64,000 bases of DNA, taken from positions 864,001 through 928,000 of the forward strand of contig CAWFXL010000001.1 in NCBI GenBank assembly GCA_963819815.1. Reading direction: 5' to 3'. The notes under the pieces were generated by a model that was not told where the DNA came from, did no database searches, and saw only the letters and a list, made by a program, of their open reading frames with translations. Below are positions 30,056 to 40,378 of this stretch, piece after piece (the first letter of the stretch is position 1; every line of letters begins with the position of its first letter). A program made the position numbers and the translations under genes. This stretch comes from an uncultured bacterium. GTDB lineage: Bacteria > Babelota > Babeliae > Babelales > Babelaceae.

Positions 30056-30589
30056 ATGCAGAAAAAAAAGATTGTCTTACTCATAGCCCATGATCAGTAC
30101 CAGCCAATAGAATATGGGGTTACCAAAGCGATACTCGCCAAAGAACCTACCTTTACCATTATCACCGCAAGCACGAAACCTGGGATAGCAAAGGCAACCG
30201 ACTCTTCCACTACCGAAGTTGATATGACTCTTAACCAACTTGATGTAGCTGCGATTGATGGACTCTTTCTCATTGGAGGATCAGGAGCTCTTGATGACCT
30301 GGATATCCCTGCTGTACATACGCTGCTTCAAGAGATGATGGATCTTCATAAGCCCTTTGGGGCAATATGCATATCATCTCGTATCTTAGCTAAAGCGGGC
30401 GTTCTTGGTGGCAAAAGAGCAACAGGCTGGGACGATGATCACAAGCTCGAAGATATCTTCCGGAAACATGCGGTGATCTACACAAAAGAACCAGTAACGG
30501 TAGATGGAAACATTGTGACTGCAACTGGACCTCAAGCTGCTGACGAGTTTGCCTGGAAGATCACCAAGGTGATGCTTGAGGATTGCTAA
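30056..30589 (+). CDS. DJ-1/PfpI family protein
   Basis: LIGGSGA, GAICIS...LAKAGVL.GKRAT, VDGNIVTATGP. Confidence 0.93.
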   Translation: MQKKKIVLLIAHDQYQPIEYGVTKAILAKEPTFTIITASTKPGIAKATDSSTTEVDMTLNQLDVAAIDGLFLIGGSGALDDLDIPAVHTLLQEMMDLHKPFGAICISSRILAKAGVLGGKRATGWDDDHKLEDIFRKHAVIYTKEPVTVDGNIVTATGPQAADEFAWKITKVMLEDC

Positions 30590-30859
30590 ACTAAATGGTA
30601 AAAAAACCTCGGAATTATTCGTCTTTCAAAACTAGTAGAACCAATCATGGGACCATTCTAGATCGATGCTTTCATAGCTTCCTTAATTTTTTGTATTTCT
30701 CGATACTTGGCGGGACAAATCGAAAAAATTGTATGATTCCGGCATACTTCAAAGTACTCGTATCTACGAATTTTCTTGCTAGACTCCACCTCAGGCATGG
30801 TAGCAAGTTTGATGTTGATAGATATCCAAAAAGCACTGTTCTTGATGAGGACGATTACC

Positions 30860-32131
30860 TTAACCCTTGAGAATCTCCCGAGTTTCCTGTTTATAAAGCT
30901 CCACCGCAGGTTGATCAAAAGGATTAATATCGAGCAGCTTAGCAAGAAGCATCGTCTCTACCATCTTTTGGATGAGAAACGCTCCCATGCTTTCTTCCGT
31001 TTGCTCAAGCCCTTGCACCACTGAAGGTCTTTTCTGCTTCTTAAAGGCAGCTATGGTACCCTGAACGATAGCCGATTTAACTGCTGTCAGAGGGCGCTTA
31101 GAAAGACCTGGCACGAGGGCGCTTAAGGAATTTGAAGGGATGGTAAGATCCATCGGCTCATCTTCAAAAAAAAGGAAACTCGTAAATATACTACGAGGCC
31201 CAGCAAGATAGAGCTGCGCAACTGAATGGAGGTCTGTCGTACCTAAGGAAACAACTGGGGTAAATCCTACTTCAACAAGCTTACCTTCGGTAGAATCCTG
31301 CTTCCCTAGACTCTCCCCAATTAACTGTTTATACCAGTGGCCAAGAAGAACTAAATAGGGAGAAAAGACAAAAAGATTATGGATCGTATATCCCGCCCTA
31401 TAATGGAGATATAAGGCACGCGCAGTCTGTGCCGTTTCATTCACTTCATTTGCTATTAGCGCTGTTCTAAGGGCGCGAGCAGCACCCTTACACAAGCTTC
31501 GTACATCTATCCCAAGCATCATTAAGGGAAACAGGCCTACGGGGGTAAAAACAGAATACCTGCCACCTACCTGCTTGGGAATCTCAAGGAGCGCATATCT
31601 TTCCTGTTCTGCCAGCACATATAAAGGAGAATCTTTGTCGGTGATAACTACCACATACTGGTGGTAGTCCTTAGGAAAGAACTCTTTAAGAACCTCTAAA
31701 AAGAGTGCTCCGTTGATGATACTCTCAGGAGTTGTACCGGACTTGGTAACGATACAAAGAATGGCCCGCTGCCCACTCTCTAAGTTTCTCCGAAACTGAG
31801 CAATAAGCGTGCTTGTATACCGTTCATCGATCGTATCAGCACAGGCAAACTCAAGATCATTTTTCTTCCCAAGGGCATGCATAACCCCCAGAGTTCCCAT
31901 GTTAGACCCACCAATACCCACGAGCATAAGTAATGAGGGATGCAATGCCTGCATCTTTTTTACCAGCTCATGAACCGGCTCGAGGGGCTTTGGGTCAACA
32001 ACGGTGTGTAAGGCACCATAGGGAGTTTCATACCCATTTTCAAGAGCATGCTGTATTTTGATAAGTTCATCAAAGAGTATCTTCATGGTAGCAGTATCAT
32101 GGGTAGCCACTACCGGATTAAGTTCTATCAT
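30860..32131 (-). CDS. pgi: Glucose-6-phosphate isomerase
   Basis: VGIGGSNMG, TKSGTT.E, VGGRYSV, QLIGESLGK, DLHS..Q, NPFDQPAVE.YK. Confidence 0.95.
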   Translation of the reverse strand: MIELNPVVATHDTATMKILFDELIKIQHALENGYETPYGALHTVVDPKPLEPVHELVKKMQALHPSLLMLVGIGGSNMGTLGVMHALGKKNDLEFACADTIDERYTSTLIAQFRRNLESGQRAILCIVTKSGTTPESIINGALFLEVLKEFFPKDYHQYVVVITDKDSPLYVLAEQERYALLEIPKQVGGRYSVFTPVGLFPLMMLGIDVRSLCKGAARALRTALIANEVNETAQTARALYLHYRAGYTIHNLFVFSPYLVLLGHWYKQLIGESLGKQDSTEGKLVEVGFTPVVSLGTTDLHSVAQLYLAGPRSIFTSFLFFEDEPMDLTIPSNSLSALVPGLSKRPLTAVKSAIVQGTIAAFKKQKRPSVVQGLEQTEESMGAFLIQKMVETMLLAKLLDINPFDQPAVELYKQETREILKG

Positions 32132-33195
32132 AGAGTTCCTTCCCTACGTAAACGGGCTGCAACAAGTGCGCCATACAGACTTACATTATAATCTGCGATC
32201 AACACAACGGGTACCTTAAAAAGCTGTTGGTGCTGTTTGCCGCAATGAGCAAACTCAGCCATAAATTGAGGATCATAAAAGAGTTGCCTATTTTTAGCGG
32301 CGATGCCACCAGCTATATATATGCCATTCAAGGCAAGTGACTCAAGGACAAAATTTTTACAGGCGCGGGCGTAGAACGTTCGATAGAGATCAAAGGTATC
32401 TTTGCACCGCTGATCCCGTTCTGCAAAGAAGGAGATCCGATCTGGAGGGAAATCAGAAGCAGCAATTTCACGTGAATAGTCAGTTTCTGGGTAGGCTCTA
32501 AGTGTCCCAAGAAAACGATAGATGCGTTGAATCCCAGCACCTGAAAGAAGCATCTCCCACGATACGGGACATTTGACATATTCATCATGAATAAAAGTAC
32601 TCAACGCAAGCTCCTCTTGGGTATAAAATACCGCATCTGCATGTCCACCTTCTGAGGCAACTGGTAGGTACCGCTTTTCGTCTCTATGCCATAATAACAT
32701 GCTTTTCCCTAATCCTGTCCCTGCTCCAATAAAAGCAATATTTCCCTGTTGATGGTGCACTCCTTCTTTATTTATTGAAAGAAGAGACTCTGCAGGTAAC
32801 ATCTGAATACCTAAGGCAACTGCTTCAAAATCGTTAATAAGAAAGAGATCCTTAATAGTGGTCACTTTCGCAATAGCATGGGCATTAATTTCAAGGGACA
32901 AGTTCGTCGGCCGCGCAGAGACCCTATGAGGATAGACAATCCCCGCTGCACCAAGACAGGCACTGACAAACGTAATATCATAGTATGCCTTTACATAGTC
33001 GATGAGTTCACCCATGAACTGCGTAAAATCAGAAATATTCTGGCTTTTGTAATGAAGCGAAAGAACAAGAATAGGATGCTCAGGATAGAGTGAGAAAATA
33101 CCAAAATTACTATTGGTACCTCCTATATCTCCTGCTAAAAAAAAGGGAAACCGGCGATCAATTTGATCGACATACATAACTTCACGCGGTTCCAT
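32128..33195 (-). CDS. glk: Glucokinase
   Basis: AGDIGGTN, LINDFEA, GAGTGLG, SEGGH, YIAGGIA. Confidence 0.95.
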   Translation of the reverse strand: MEPREVMYVDQIDRRFPFFLAGDIGGTNSNFGIFSLYPEHPILVLSLHYKSQNISDFTQFMGELIDYVKAYYDITFVSACLGAAGIVYPHRVSARPTNLSLEINAHAIAKVTTIKDLFLINDFEAVALGIQMLPAESLLSINKEGVHHQQGNIAFIGAGTGLGKSMLLWHRDEKRYLPVASEGGHADAVFYTQEELALSTFIHDEYVKCPVSWEMLLSGAGIQRIYRFLGTLRAYPETDYSREIAASDFPPDRISFFAERDQRCKDTFDLYRTFYARACKNFVLESLALNGIYIAGGIAAKNRQLFYDPQFMAEFAHCGKQHQQLFKVPVVLIADYNVSLYGALVAARLRREGTL

Positions 33196-33358
33196 ACTGC
33201 TCCTTTCAGATCTTTGATACCTACAAGACTACGTATCCTGTGCTAAATTTGCAAGAGTCGCTATACCCTGAAATGGGCCACTTGTTGAGTTAGCAAATTG
33301 AGCTATACTACTGGTGAGTCGTAAGAAAAAACTACACAACGATGCAAAGGAAAAAAGT

Positions 33359-33790
33359 ATGTACCTGAAACAACTCGCAATCCTCCCATTATTAGGCCTA
33401 CTCTACTCATCACTTGAGGCCACACGCGTGACAAGCTTCAGCGACCTCGTCCGTGGCGGAAAGACAGCGATGTCAGCTTTCCAAGACACTATCAATGCCC
33501 ATAAATTCGTCGTTCTCAAGTGCTCTATGAAAAACTGTGCTCCGTGCAAAAAAATTGCTCCACAGTTTGAAGCACTCGCTACAAAATATAGCCAATCTGC
33601 TGAATTCATCGAAGTTGACATCCATCTCTTTGATGACGTCATACGCCCCTATACTATTAAAAAGGCACCCTCTTTTATAATCTTTTATAAAGGACGTCAT
33701 CTTCTGACACTTCGCGGCTCTGAATCGATCAATCAAATTGCCAAAGCCCTTGATACTCAGCTGCACCTAGAAAACGCTGCTGCAGCATAA
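33359..33790 (+). CDS. Exported thioredoxin-fold protein (CAPC)
   Basis: Signal peptide; NCAPCKKIAP, cis-Pro AP.F. Confidence 0.85.
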   Translation: MYLKQLAILPLLGLLYSSLEATRVTSFSDLVRGGKTAMSAFQDTINAHKFVVLKCSMKNCAPCKKIAPQFEALATKYSQSAEFIEVDIHLFDDVIRPYTIKKAPSFIIFYKGRHLLTLRGSESINQIAKALDTQLHLENAAAA

Positions 33791-33810
33791 TTACCTGTAA
33801 AAAGACCTAG

Positions 33811-33835
33811 AGCAGGGCCTGCGCCCTGCTTTTCT
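33811..33835 (+). terminator. Intrinsic terminator
   Basis: AGCAGGGC-ctgc-GCCCTGCT followed by T run. Confidence 0.8.
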
Positions 33836-33947
33836 TATGAAGAATGAATACATCTAGAAACTTTTTAAAAAATATTAAAAACCATTGAATTAACTCCTTT
33901 CAATATGATACTATTATATTAGTAACACAAAAAAAGGAGCACTCCAC

Positions 33948-34403
33948 ATGAAAATTACTCATCTTACGCTACTGACTGCTCTTATCGGCTCTTCAGCATA
34001 TGGTATAGAACGAACTTCAGTAATTGCAGCAAAAATGCATTATCCTCAATTGATCATCAGATTGCGCAACCAAACGGATACTTTTCTTGCCCACGTTCGT
34101 ATTCAAATGAGAATCGATGTACAAAATTTAAGATCAAAAAATCTTGAACTACGAGCGGATGAAATGGCTATTCTTTCAAAAGATGCCTATTTTGAGCTTG
34201 AAAAGAAAATTGATGCAACATTTGAAGAGCTCAGTCGCATCTTTATCACAGGTGCACAAAAGCTTGATTATGATGATGCACCGCTTAAAGCGAAGCAAGC
34301 ATTCGTCAGCACAATGAAAAAGCTAGCTCAAGAAAAAGTTACTAAATTACTCGTCAAGAAAGCAAACCACGCTCACAACAATCCACTAAATGTTGACATT
34401 TAG
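33948..34403 (+). CDS. Secreted hypothetical helical protein
   Basis: AAGGAG RBS, signal peptide ending SAYG. Confidence 0.7.
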   Translation: MKITHLTLLTALIGSSAYGIERTSVIAAKMHYPQLIIRLRNQTDTFLAHVRIQMRIDVQNLRSKNLELRADEMAILSKDAYFELEKKIDATFEELSRIFITGAQKLDYDDAPLKAKQAFVSTMKKLAQEKVTKLLVKKANHAHNNPLNVDI

Positions 34404-34599
34404 ACTCAATAATTTCTATTATTAATAGTGAGCAGAATAAATGCTCACGCAGATTAAAAAAAAGGAATTGACATATATGCAAAAAGCTTCTGCACAAGCT
34501 AGTTATGTTGAATAAGCGTACCTATGTACGATGTAGAAATAAAAAGAGTTGCTCATGAAAATCGAAAAACAACACATATAAAAAAAATAGGAATATACC

Positions 34600-34782
34600 A
34601 TGGCACATAAATCAAAAGACAATAAAGAGCATTTTAGCTCACAGGCAAAATATACAAGTACACCAAAGCGCAAACGGCCAAGTCGTGAGCGTGGACCATA
34701 CGGCGAAAATACCGGTACGGTTCAAAAAAGAAACCAAAAAACCAAGATCGACAAGGGAGGGAGCTCAACCGAAACCACGTAA
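34600..34782 (+). CDS. Small basic hydrophilic protein
   Basis: AGGA RBS; K/R-rich 60-aa ORF directly upstream of the H1-like gene. Confidence 0.5.
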   Translation: MAHKSKDNKEHFSSQAKYTSTPKRKRPSRERGPYGENTGTVQKRNQKTKIDKGGSSTETT

Positions 34783-34926
34783 TAAAGAACAAAAAAAGAT
34801 GATACCTCTCAATGAAGCGAGGACCATCTTTACACTATACCGGTAGATCTAAACGACACAGAAGGATGTCGTAAAAGGAATAGTGAAGTATATACACATG
34901 TTTAACAGAAAAAAGGGGAAAAAAAC

Positions 34927-35499
34927 ATGGCAAAGAAAACAACAAGTTCACAAGGTTCTGTGTCAAAAAGACACGTTAAAGCCGGAAAAATTGGTGGTTT
35001 AGCTCCTCACGTATGTCGTGGTAGCGAATGCACAAAGATCCGCAAAGCGGCTGCTGAGCTTAAAAAAGCTCGCGGATATACAGCTGATGAATTGCTCGAA
35101 TTCCTCGGTGTAGCTGCATTGCCTAAAGGGCATGGCGGTGCTAGTGAAATCTCAAAAGCAAAAGCTCCTGCAAAAAAGAAAGCCGCTAAAAGAAAACCGG
35201 CTAAGAAAAAAGCTGCTCCTAAGCGTAAAGCTGCTGCTAAAAAGGCTGCTCCTAAACGTAAAGCCGCTAAAAAAGCCGCTCCAAGAAAAGCCGCTGCTAA
35301 AAAAGCTGCTCCAAAACGTAAAGTTGCTGCTAAGAAGGCCGCTCCTAAACGTAAAGCTGCCGCTAAAAAGGCTGCTCCAAGAAAAGCCGCTGCCAAAAAA
35401 GCTGCTCCAAAAAGAGCCGTTGCTAAAAAGGCCGCTCCTAAACGTAAAGCCGCTAAAAAAGCCGCTCCAAGAAAAGGTGCTATGAAAAAAGCTGCATAA
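34927..35499 (+). CDS. Histone H1-like DNA-binding protein (Hc2/HctB-like)
   Basis: About 10 tandem (A)AKKAAP(K)RK repeats; strong RBS; terminator downstream. Confidence 0.85.
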   Translation: MAKKTTSSQGSVSKRHVKAGKIGGLAPHVCRGSECTKIRKAAAELKKARGYTADELLEFLGVAALPKGHGGASEISKAKAPAKKKAAKRKPAKKKAAPKRKAAAKKAAPKRKAAKKAAPRKAAAKKAAPKRKVAAKKAAPKRKAAAKKAAPRKAAAKKAAPKRAVAKKAAPKRKAAKKAAPRKGAMKKAA

Positions 35500-35527
35500 G
35501 CTTTTAGCAAGCAACTCGCACTCTTAC

Positions 35528-35563
35528 AAAAAGGGGGATTTTCAAAAGAAATCTCCCTTTTTT
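35528..35563 (+). terminator. Intrinsic terminator after the H1-like gene
   Basis: AAAAAGGGGGATTT...AAATCTCCCTTTTT followed by a T run. Confidence 0.8.
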
Positions 35564-35652
35564 CTTAAAACTCTTGAATTTTGTAAATACATTTTGGCAT
35601 AGTAGAGGTACGAATTAACAATATACCTGTTTCCAAACAAAGGAGAATCTTT

Positions 35653-35919
35653 ATGAAACACGTACTATTAGGCCTTGCCTTACTTTCTACAGGCGCAGCT
35701 TTCAGCATGCATCAAGAAGTTCATCACATGACTGGTGAAGTTCAAGGCATGAAAGAAGAACGCGACTCTTGCCATGAGCAAGTAAAAAAACTTCATAAGA
35801 GAGTAGAAGAGCTCAATGAAAAGATTTCTCGAGCTGAATCTGCTTTACATTCTAAAAAGGAAGAAGCGCACCGCGCAAACACTCCTGCTCCTGCACATCC
35901 TGCTGGACATGTAGCGTAA
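35653..35919 (+). CDS. Small secreted coiled-coil protein
   Basis: AAGGAG RBS; signal peptide; heptad-like VKKLHKRVEELNEKISRAE. Confidence 0.7.
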   Translation: MKHVLLGLALLSTGAAFSMHQEVHHMTGEVQGMKEERDSCHEQVKKLHKRVEELNEKISRAESALHSKKEEAHRANTPAPAHPAGHVA

Positions 35920-35993
35920 TCTCTTTTAGAAAGACTTAAAGAAGGGCCTTTTCAATGAGAAGGTCCTTCTTACATACAAGGGGAACTATCACA

Positions 35994-36416
35994 ATGTTTA
36001 GATTATATTATGTACTCATTCTGTTATCCATATCGGCAACTCAGATACTCTTAGGCACAGCCATCGAAATCAAGACAATGGCTGACTATAAAGCCTTATG
36101 TGCCCAAGATAAGCCTGTTGTTCTCATGTTCTATGCACCCTGGTGCGGTGCCTGTACAAGTATGAAAGAGCCTTATAATGAGGTATCTACTGGTTCTAAG
36201 GACGTTATCCTCGCTAAGGTCAGTATCGATAATGCTGAAACAAAAAGCCTTAAAGACGCTTTTTGTGTAACCGCAGTTCCCACCTTTATCACCCGTCAAA
36301 CGGGCACCATGAGCAAAGAGGCTCTCTCAAATATGGTCAAAGGACATAGCAGACAACCTCTCACCCCAAAGGCTCCTGCAAAGGAAGTTCCTTCAAATCC
36401 AAGTGCTAAAAAATAA
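35994..36416 (+). CDS. Exported thioredoxin (WCGAC)
   Basis: Signal-like N-terminus, FYAPWCGAC, AVPTF. Confidence 0.88.
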   Translation: MFRLYYVLILLSISATQILLGTAIEIKTMADYKALCAQDKPVVLMFYAPWCGACTSMKEPYNEVSTGSKDVILAKVSIDNAETKSLKDAFCVTAVPTFITRQTGTMSKEALSNMVKGHSRQPLTPKAPAKEVPSNPSAKK

Positions 36417-36511
36417 CCCAGAGGCCCTGTAAATGGGGCCTTTTGGCATGCATTCCTCCTGCTGGTAGACTGATATGTGTCTATGAAATTGTACTACTAT
36501 GAGGAACATCT

Positions 36512-36904
36512 ATGAAAAAGATAGCACTCCCTTTACTCTTTGCATGCGCATTATTGCTGTCAAACAGGGCAGAATCACGCTTGGTCACCGTCAACTCGGT
36601 TGAGGAATATTACCAACATTATAATGGCAATACTCCTATGATTACTTTGTATGCTGCAGAATGGTGCCCACCCTGCAAACAGACAAAGCCCCATTTCTAT
36701 GCAGCAGCCAAAGCGGCTGATGATATTACCTTTTGTGTGATCGATATCGATGCAGACGCATTTGCCCCTATTCTTTCTCAGATATCTGGTATCCCTACGA
36801 TTATCTATAGCCATAAAGGAAAGCCGGTCACGCGCACCGTGGGGGGCAAGAACCGCCAAAATTTAGATACTGCAATTCAGAGCTTCCGAAGTATGGTGCG
36901 CTAA
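36512..36904 (+). CDS. Exported thioredoxin (WCPPC)
   Basis: Signal peptide, YAAEWCPPCKQ, GIPT. Confidence 0.9.
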   Translation: MKKIALPLLFACALLLSNRAESRLVTVNSVEEYYQHYNGNTPMITLYAAEWCPPCKQTKPHFYAAAKAADDITFCVIDIDADAFAPILSQISGIPTIIYSHKGKPVTRTVGGKNRQNLDTAIQSFRSMVR

Positions 36905-36959
36905 GCATCAAAGCGACGAGCTTATAGGCACTACCTCATGGCGAGAAGGTCCTACTTCC

Positions 36960-37023
36960 TCCCACGTAGAAATGTCCCAACAAGGTCCTTTAGGGCAAAC
37001 TTATAGGACATTTCTACGTGGGA
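36960..37023. repeat. 18-bp perfect inverted repeat in intergenic DNA
   Basis: TCCCACGTAGAAATGTCC-28 nt-GGACATTTCTACGTGGGA. Confidence 0.9.
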
Positions 37024-37236
37024 AATCTCCATGCATGGGCAACAAGCGAAACTATCCTTTCAAACGTAGTTATCGTATACCCTATGAATTCAAAAGCACC
37101 GTAATGGGAAGTTTCATGAGAAAAATGGGACAAAGCATCCATAAGGCCAAATAAATAAGCCCTTTTGGCAGATGCTCCTTCTCCTGATAGACTGGTATCT
37201 GTCTATGAAAACTGTACTACCGTCAGAGGAATATCT

Positions 37237-37677
37237 ATGAAAATGACCTTACTGCCTGCATTACTTCTTGGATGGGCACTACTCCTGTCAAACCATGCAG
37301 AGGCACGCATGATAACCGTCAGTTCATCTGATGAATATACCAAGTATTATCAAGGTGATACGCCTCTGATAACCATGTACTCTGCAGAATGGTGCGGCCC
37401 CTGTAAACAGATGAAGCCACATTTTTATGCAGCAGCAGAAGCGGCAAGCGATATTATCTTTTGTGTCATCGATACCGAAGCAAAAGCTTTTTCCAAAATT
37501 CTTTCAGACATACGAAGTATCCCCACTACTATCTTGAGCCACAAAGGAAAACAGATTAATCGCACCAGTGGAGGTCTAACGCGTACACAGATCGATACGT
37601 CAATTAATGAGTTGCGCAGTAAGACTCGACAAGAACAGCCCAAGGCAACTCAACCGATAGCTCCTCAAAAAAAGTAG
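37237..37677 (+). CDS. Exported thioredoxin (WCGPC), recent duplicate of 36512-36904
   Basis: Signal peptide, YSAEWCGPCKQMKPHFY; upstream ~75 bp also duplicated (36439-36511 vs 37161-37236). Confidence 0.9.
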   Translation: MKMTLLPALLLGWALLLSNHAEARMITVSSSDEYTKYYQGDTPLITMYSAEWCGPCKQMKPHFYAAAEAASDIIFCVIDTEAKAFSKILSDIRSIPTTILSHKGKQINRTSGGLTRTQIDTSINELRSKTRQEQPKATQPIAPQKK

Positions 37678-37757
37678 GAAAGTATTGACTGCACTCGCTC
37701 AACAAAGCTAGAGTAGTAACAGTCAATGATACACCACAACCCACAAAGGAGAACCCT

Positions 37758-38225
37758 ATGTATAGAATGTATAGAAGTTTATATATCACAGCGATTCTGT
37801 TTTTTACCGCAGGACTGTCTGCAAAAGGTCTAGCTCAAGACATAAAAGACGTAGCAGCCTATAGAGAGGTCGTTAAAAAGCAGGGTCCTAAAGTGATTGT
37901 GTTCAGCTCTGTTACCTGCACAGCCTGCGACTCTCATATGCAAGCTCTTGATGAAGTTGCAAGAAAGTATCCTCAAGTCGGTTTCTATAGCTTTGATGTC
38001 GGCGATCTGTCAGATCTTCGCAAAGAATTAGGCATCAAATACTATCCAACAACGCACTTCCTACCAAACGGTAAAAAGTTTGATAGAAGTATGGGAGCTG
38101 CCGAGCTTGACGAAACAGTATATGAACTGGTACATGGTAAAAAGAAAGCTGAAGTTGCACCTGCACAACCAGTAGCGCCAGTAAAACGGACTACTCGCAA
38201 ACAGCCTACGACTGCAGCCGCGTAG
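37758..38225 (+). CDS. Exported thioredoxin-fold protein (CTAC)
   Basis: AAGGAG RBS; signal peptide; VFSSVTCTAC, YYPT. Confidence 0.8.
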   Translation: MYRMYRSLYITAILFFTAGLSAKGLAQDIKDVAAYREVVKKQGPKVIVFSSVTCTACDSHMQALDEVARKYPQVGFYSFDVGDLSDLRKELGIKYYPTTHFLPNGKKFDRSMGAAELDETVYELVHGKKKAEVAPAQPVAPVKRTTRKQPTTAAA

Positions 38226-38257
38226 AGTAGTTCGTTAATCAACGATAATCAATTAAT

Positions 38258-38283
38258 AAACCCCAGTGTTTTCACTGGGGTTT
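38258..38283. terminator. Bidirectional terminator between convergent genes
   Basis: AAACCCCAGTG-tttt-CACTGGGGTTT. Confidence 0.85.
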
Positions 38284-38319
38284 GTTGTTCTCTGCACTAA
38301 TGGCTCATCGTATAAACTT

Positions 38320-40314
38320 CTATCCCATTGAAGCCAATAAGAGGGCAACAACGGACATCAACTTAATAAGAATATTAAGTGATGGTCCAGATGTATCTTT
38401 AAAGGGGTCCCCTACCGTGTCGCCAACAACGGCAGCTTTATGAGCATCAGAGCCTTTGCCACCCAAGTGACCGGCCTCAATATATTTCTTAGCATTATCC
38501 CAGGCACCACCACCGTTTGCCATCATAAGCGCAAGCAATACACCAACGACCGTTGCTCCTACGAGGACGCCACCCAAACCATATTTACCAAGGGCACTAT
38601 GGTACACCACAATAGGCACCGCTACGGCAAGGAATCCTGGAAGAATCATTTCATGAAGTGCTGCTTTGGTACTGATGGCAACGCAGCGTGCATAGTCCGC
38701 CTCTGCTTTTCCTTCCATAAGTCCCGGTATCTCCCTAAATTGGCGTCGTACCTCTAAGACCATCAAGAGAGCAGCATCTCCAACAGAGCGCATGGTAAGT
38801 GACGATATTACGAAAGGTAATACCGAGCCAATAAAGATGCCTACCAATACTTCGACCTGTAACAAATCAAGTGTTGCTAACTCTGCCTGTTCACAATATG
38901 CTGCAAACATACCGAGCGCCGCTAAAAGAGCTGATCCTATAGCAAAGCCTTTTCCTATGGCAGCAGTGGTATTGCCGAGTGCATCAAGCTTATCGGTAAT
39001 TTTGCGCACAGATGGTCCAAAGCCTGCCATTTCACTGATGCCACCGCTATTATCAGCAATAGGACCATACCCATCAACCGTCATGGTGATCCCTACTGTT
39101 GCTAACATAGAAACTGCAGCAATAGACACCCCAAATCCATATCCTCCAAATACATAGGCACCCCATACACCAAAGGCAAGAATAACGACGGGTAGCGCTA
39201 CTGATTCCATACCTACCGAGAGGCCATAGATAATATTTGTTGCCGCTCCTGAGCGTGAACTTTCTGCAAGTTTTATAACCGGAGTTCCAGCTGTATAATA
39301 TTCGGTAATAAGCCCAATCGCTATTCCAGCGACACAGCCTATAATCACTGACCAGATAAGATCGCCAGACTCAAAGAAGCCACCGATCCCCATATATCTC
39401 ATATAGATAAAAGCAAAAACCGCAAATGAGACAATTGCTATATTCGTTGCATTGCGAAGCATAGCCGCAGGAGACGCCCTTAAGATAGTATTAGCAAGCA
39501 GGCCAAGAAACGAACCGGCTAGGCCAAGGACTGAAAGCACTACAGGCAAGGTAATATAGAGCTCTGTATGCACTTTTTTTGTGGTTGCTAACGCAATAGC
39601 GCCGATCATAGCGCCCACATATGATTCAAAAATATCGGCTCCCATGCCTGCAGTATCGCCGACACAGTCACCTACGTTATCTGCAATCACCGCGGGATTA
39701 CGTGGATCATCTTCAGGGATTCCCGCCTCGAGTTTACCTACAAGATCTGCTCCCACATCTGCTGACTTTGTGTAAATGCCGCCACCTACACGTGCAAAAA
39801 AGGCAACGAGTGATGCTCCAAAACCGAAGCTTGATAAATACATCACGAAATCTGGGGTTTCTTGAAGAAAATAAAGCAGTAAGCCCAATCCAAGAATACC
39901 AAAGCTTGCAACGGCAAAGCCCATAACGCCACCACCAAGGAAGGCTATGAGAAATGCAGCGTGCTCACCCTTATCTTTTGCAGCTATAGCAGTACGCACA
40001 TTAGCTTTGGTAGCTGCGTCCATACCTATAAGGCCACAGGTTAGAGAAAAAACCGATCCTGCTAAAAAGCAAAACGCTGAATAGATACCTCCAAAGTAAC
40101 CGAGCAGCATAATAACTGGAACGACCACAAAGGCGATCACCCGATATTCTTCTCTCAAAAAGGTCATAGCACCGAGCCTAATTGCGTTCGCTATCTTAGC
40201 AGCACGCTCATCGGTAACTTTTTGCTTAGATATTTGTTGCATCAAAAAGACAATCAATGCAAATCCAGCGATAGAAGCACCCAGTATTGTCACTAACAAA
40301 TAAGAGACTATCAT
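38320..40314 (-). CDS. hppA: Membrane-bound ion-translocating pyrophosphatase, K+-dependent type
   Basis: [45 protein letters not shown] (Ala at the K+-dependence site), [19 protein letters not shown]. Confidence 0.97.
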   Translation of the reverse strand: MIVSYLLVTILGASIAGFALIVFLMQQISKQKVTDERAAKIANAIRLGAMTFLREEYRVIAFVVVPVIMLLGYFGGIYSAFCFLAGSVFSLTCGLIGMDAATKANVRTAIAAKDKGEHAAFLIAFLGGGVMGFAVASFGILGLGLLLYFLQETPDFVMYLSSFGFGASLVAFFARVGGGIYTKSADVGADLVGKLEAGIPEDDPRNPAVIADNVGDCVGDTAGMGADIFESYVGAMIGAIALATTKKVHTELYITLPVVLSVLGLAGSFLGLLANTILRASPAAMLRNATNIAIVSFAVFAFIYMRYMGIGGFFESGDLIWSVIIGCVAGIAIGLITEYYTAGTPVIKLAESSRSGAATNIIYGLSVGMESVALPVVILAFGVWGAYVFGGYGFGVSIAAVSMLATVGITMTVDGYGPIADNSGGISEMAGFGPSVRKITDKLDALGNTTAAIGKGFAIGSALLAALGMFAAYCEQAELATLDLLQVEVLVGIFIGSVLPFVISSLTMRSVGDAALLMVLEVRRQFREIPGLMEGKAEADYARCVAISTKAALHEMILPGFLAVAVPIVVYHSALGKYGLGGVLVGATVVGVLLALMMANGGGAWDNAKKYIEAGHLGGKGSDAHKAAVVGDTVGDPFKDTSGPSLNILIKLMSVVALLLASMG

Positions 40315-40378
40315 ATGCGCTCATCTCCATGCTAAAAAAATTAATATAAAATTACCAAACTAGTATCTCATCCTTTTT

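Noticed and set aside
35160..35490. Regular ~27-30-bp DNA repeats that could be taken for a CRISPR array or minisatellite
   Set aside because: They are in-frame coding repeats of AAKKAAPKRK with synonymous variation; there are no unique spacers and no cas genes
35007..35514. Long antisense and alternate-frame ORFs (167, 117 and 120 aa) over the H1-like gene
   Set aside because: They are shadows of the low-complexity repeat
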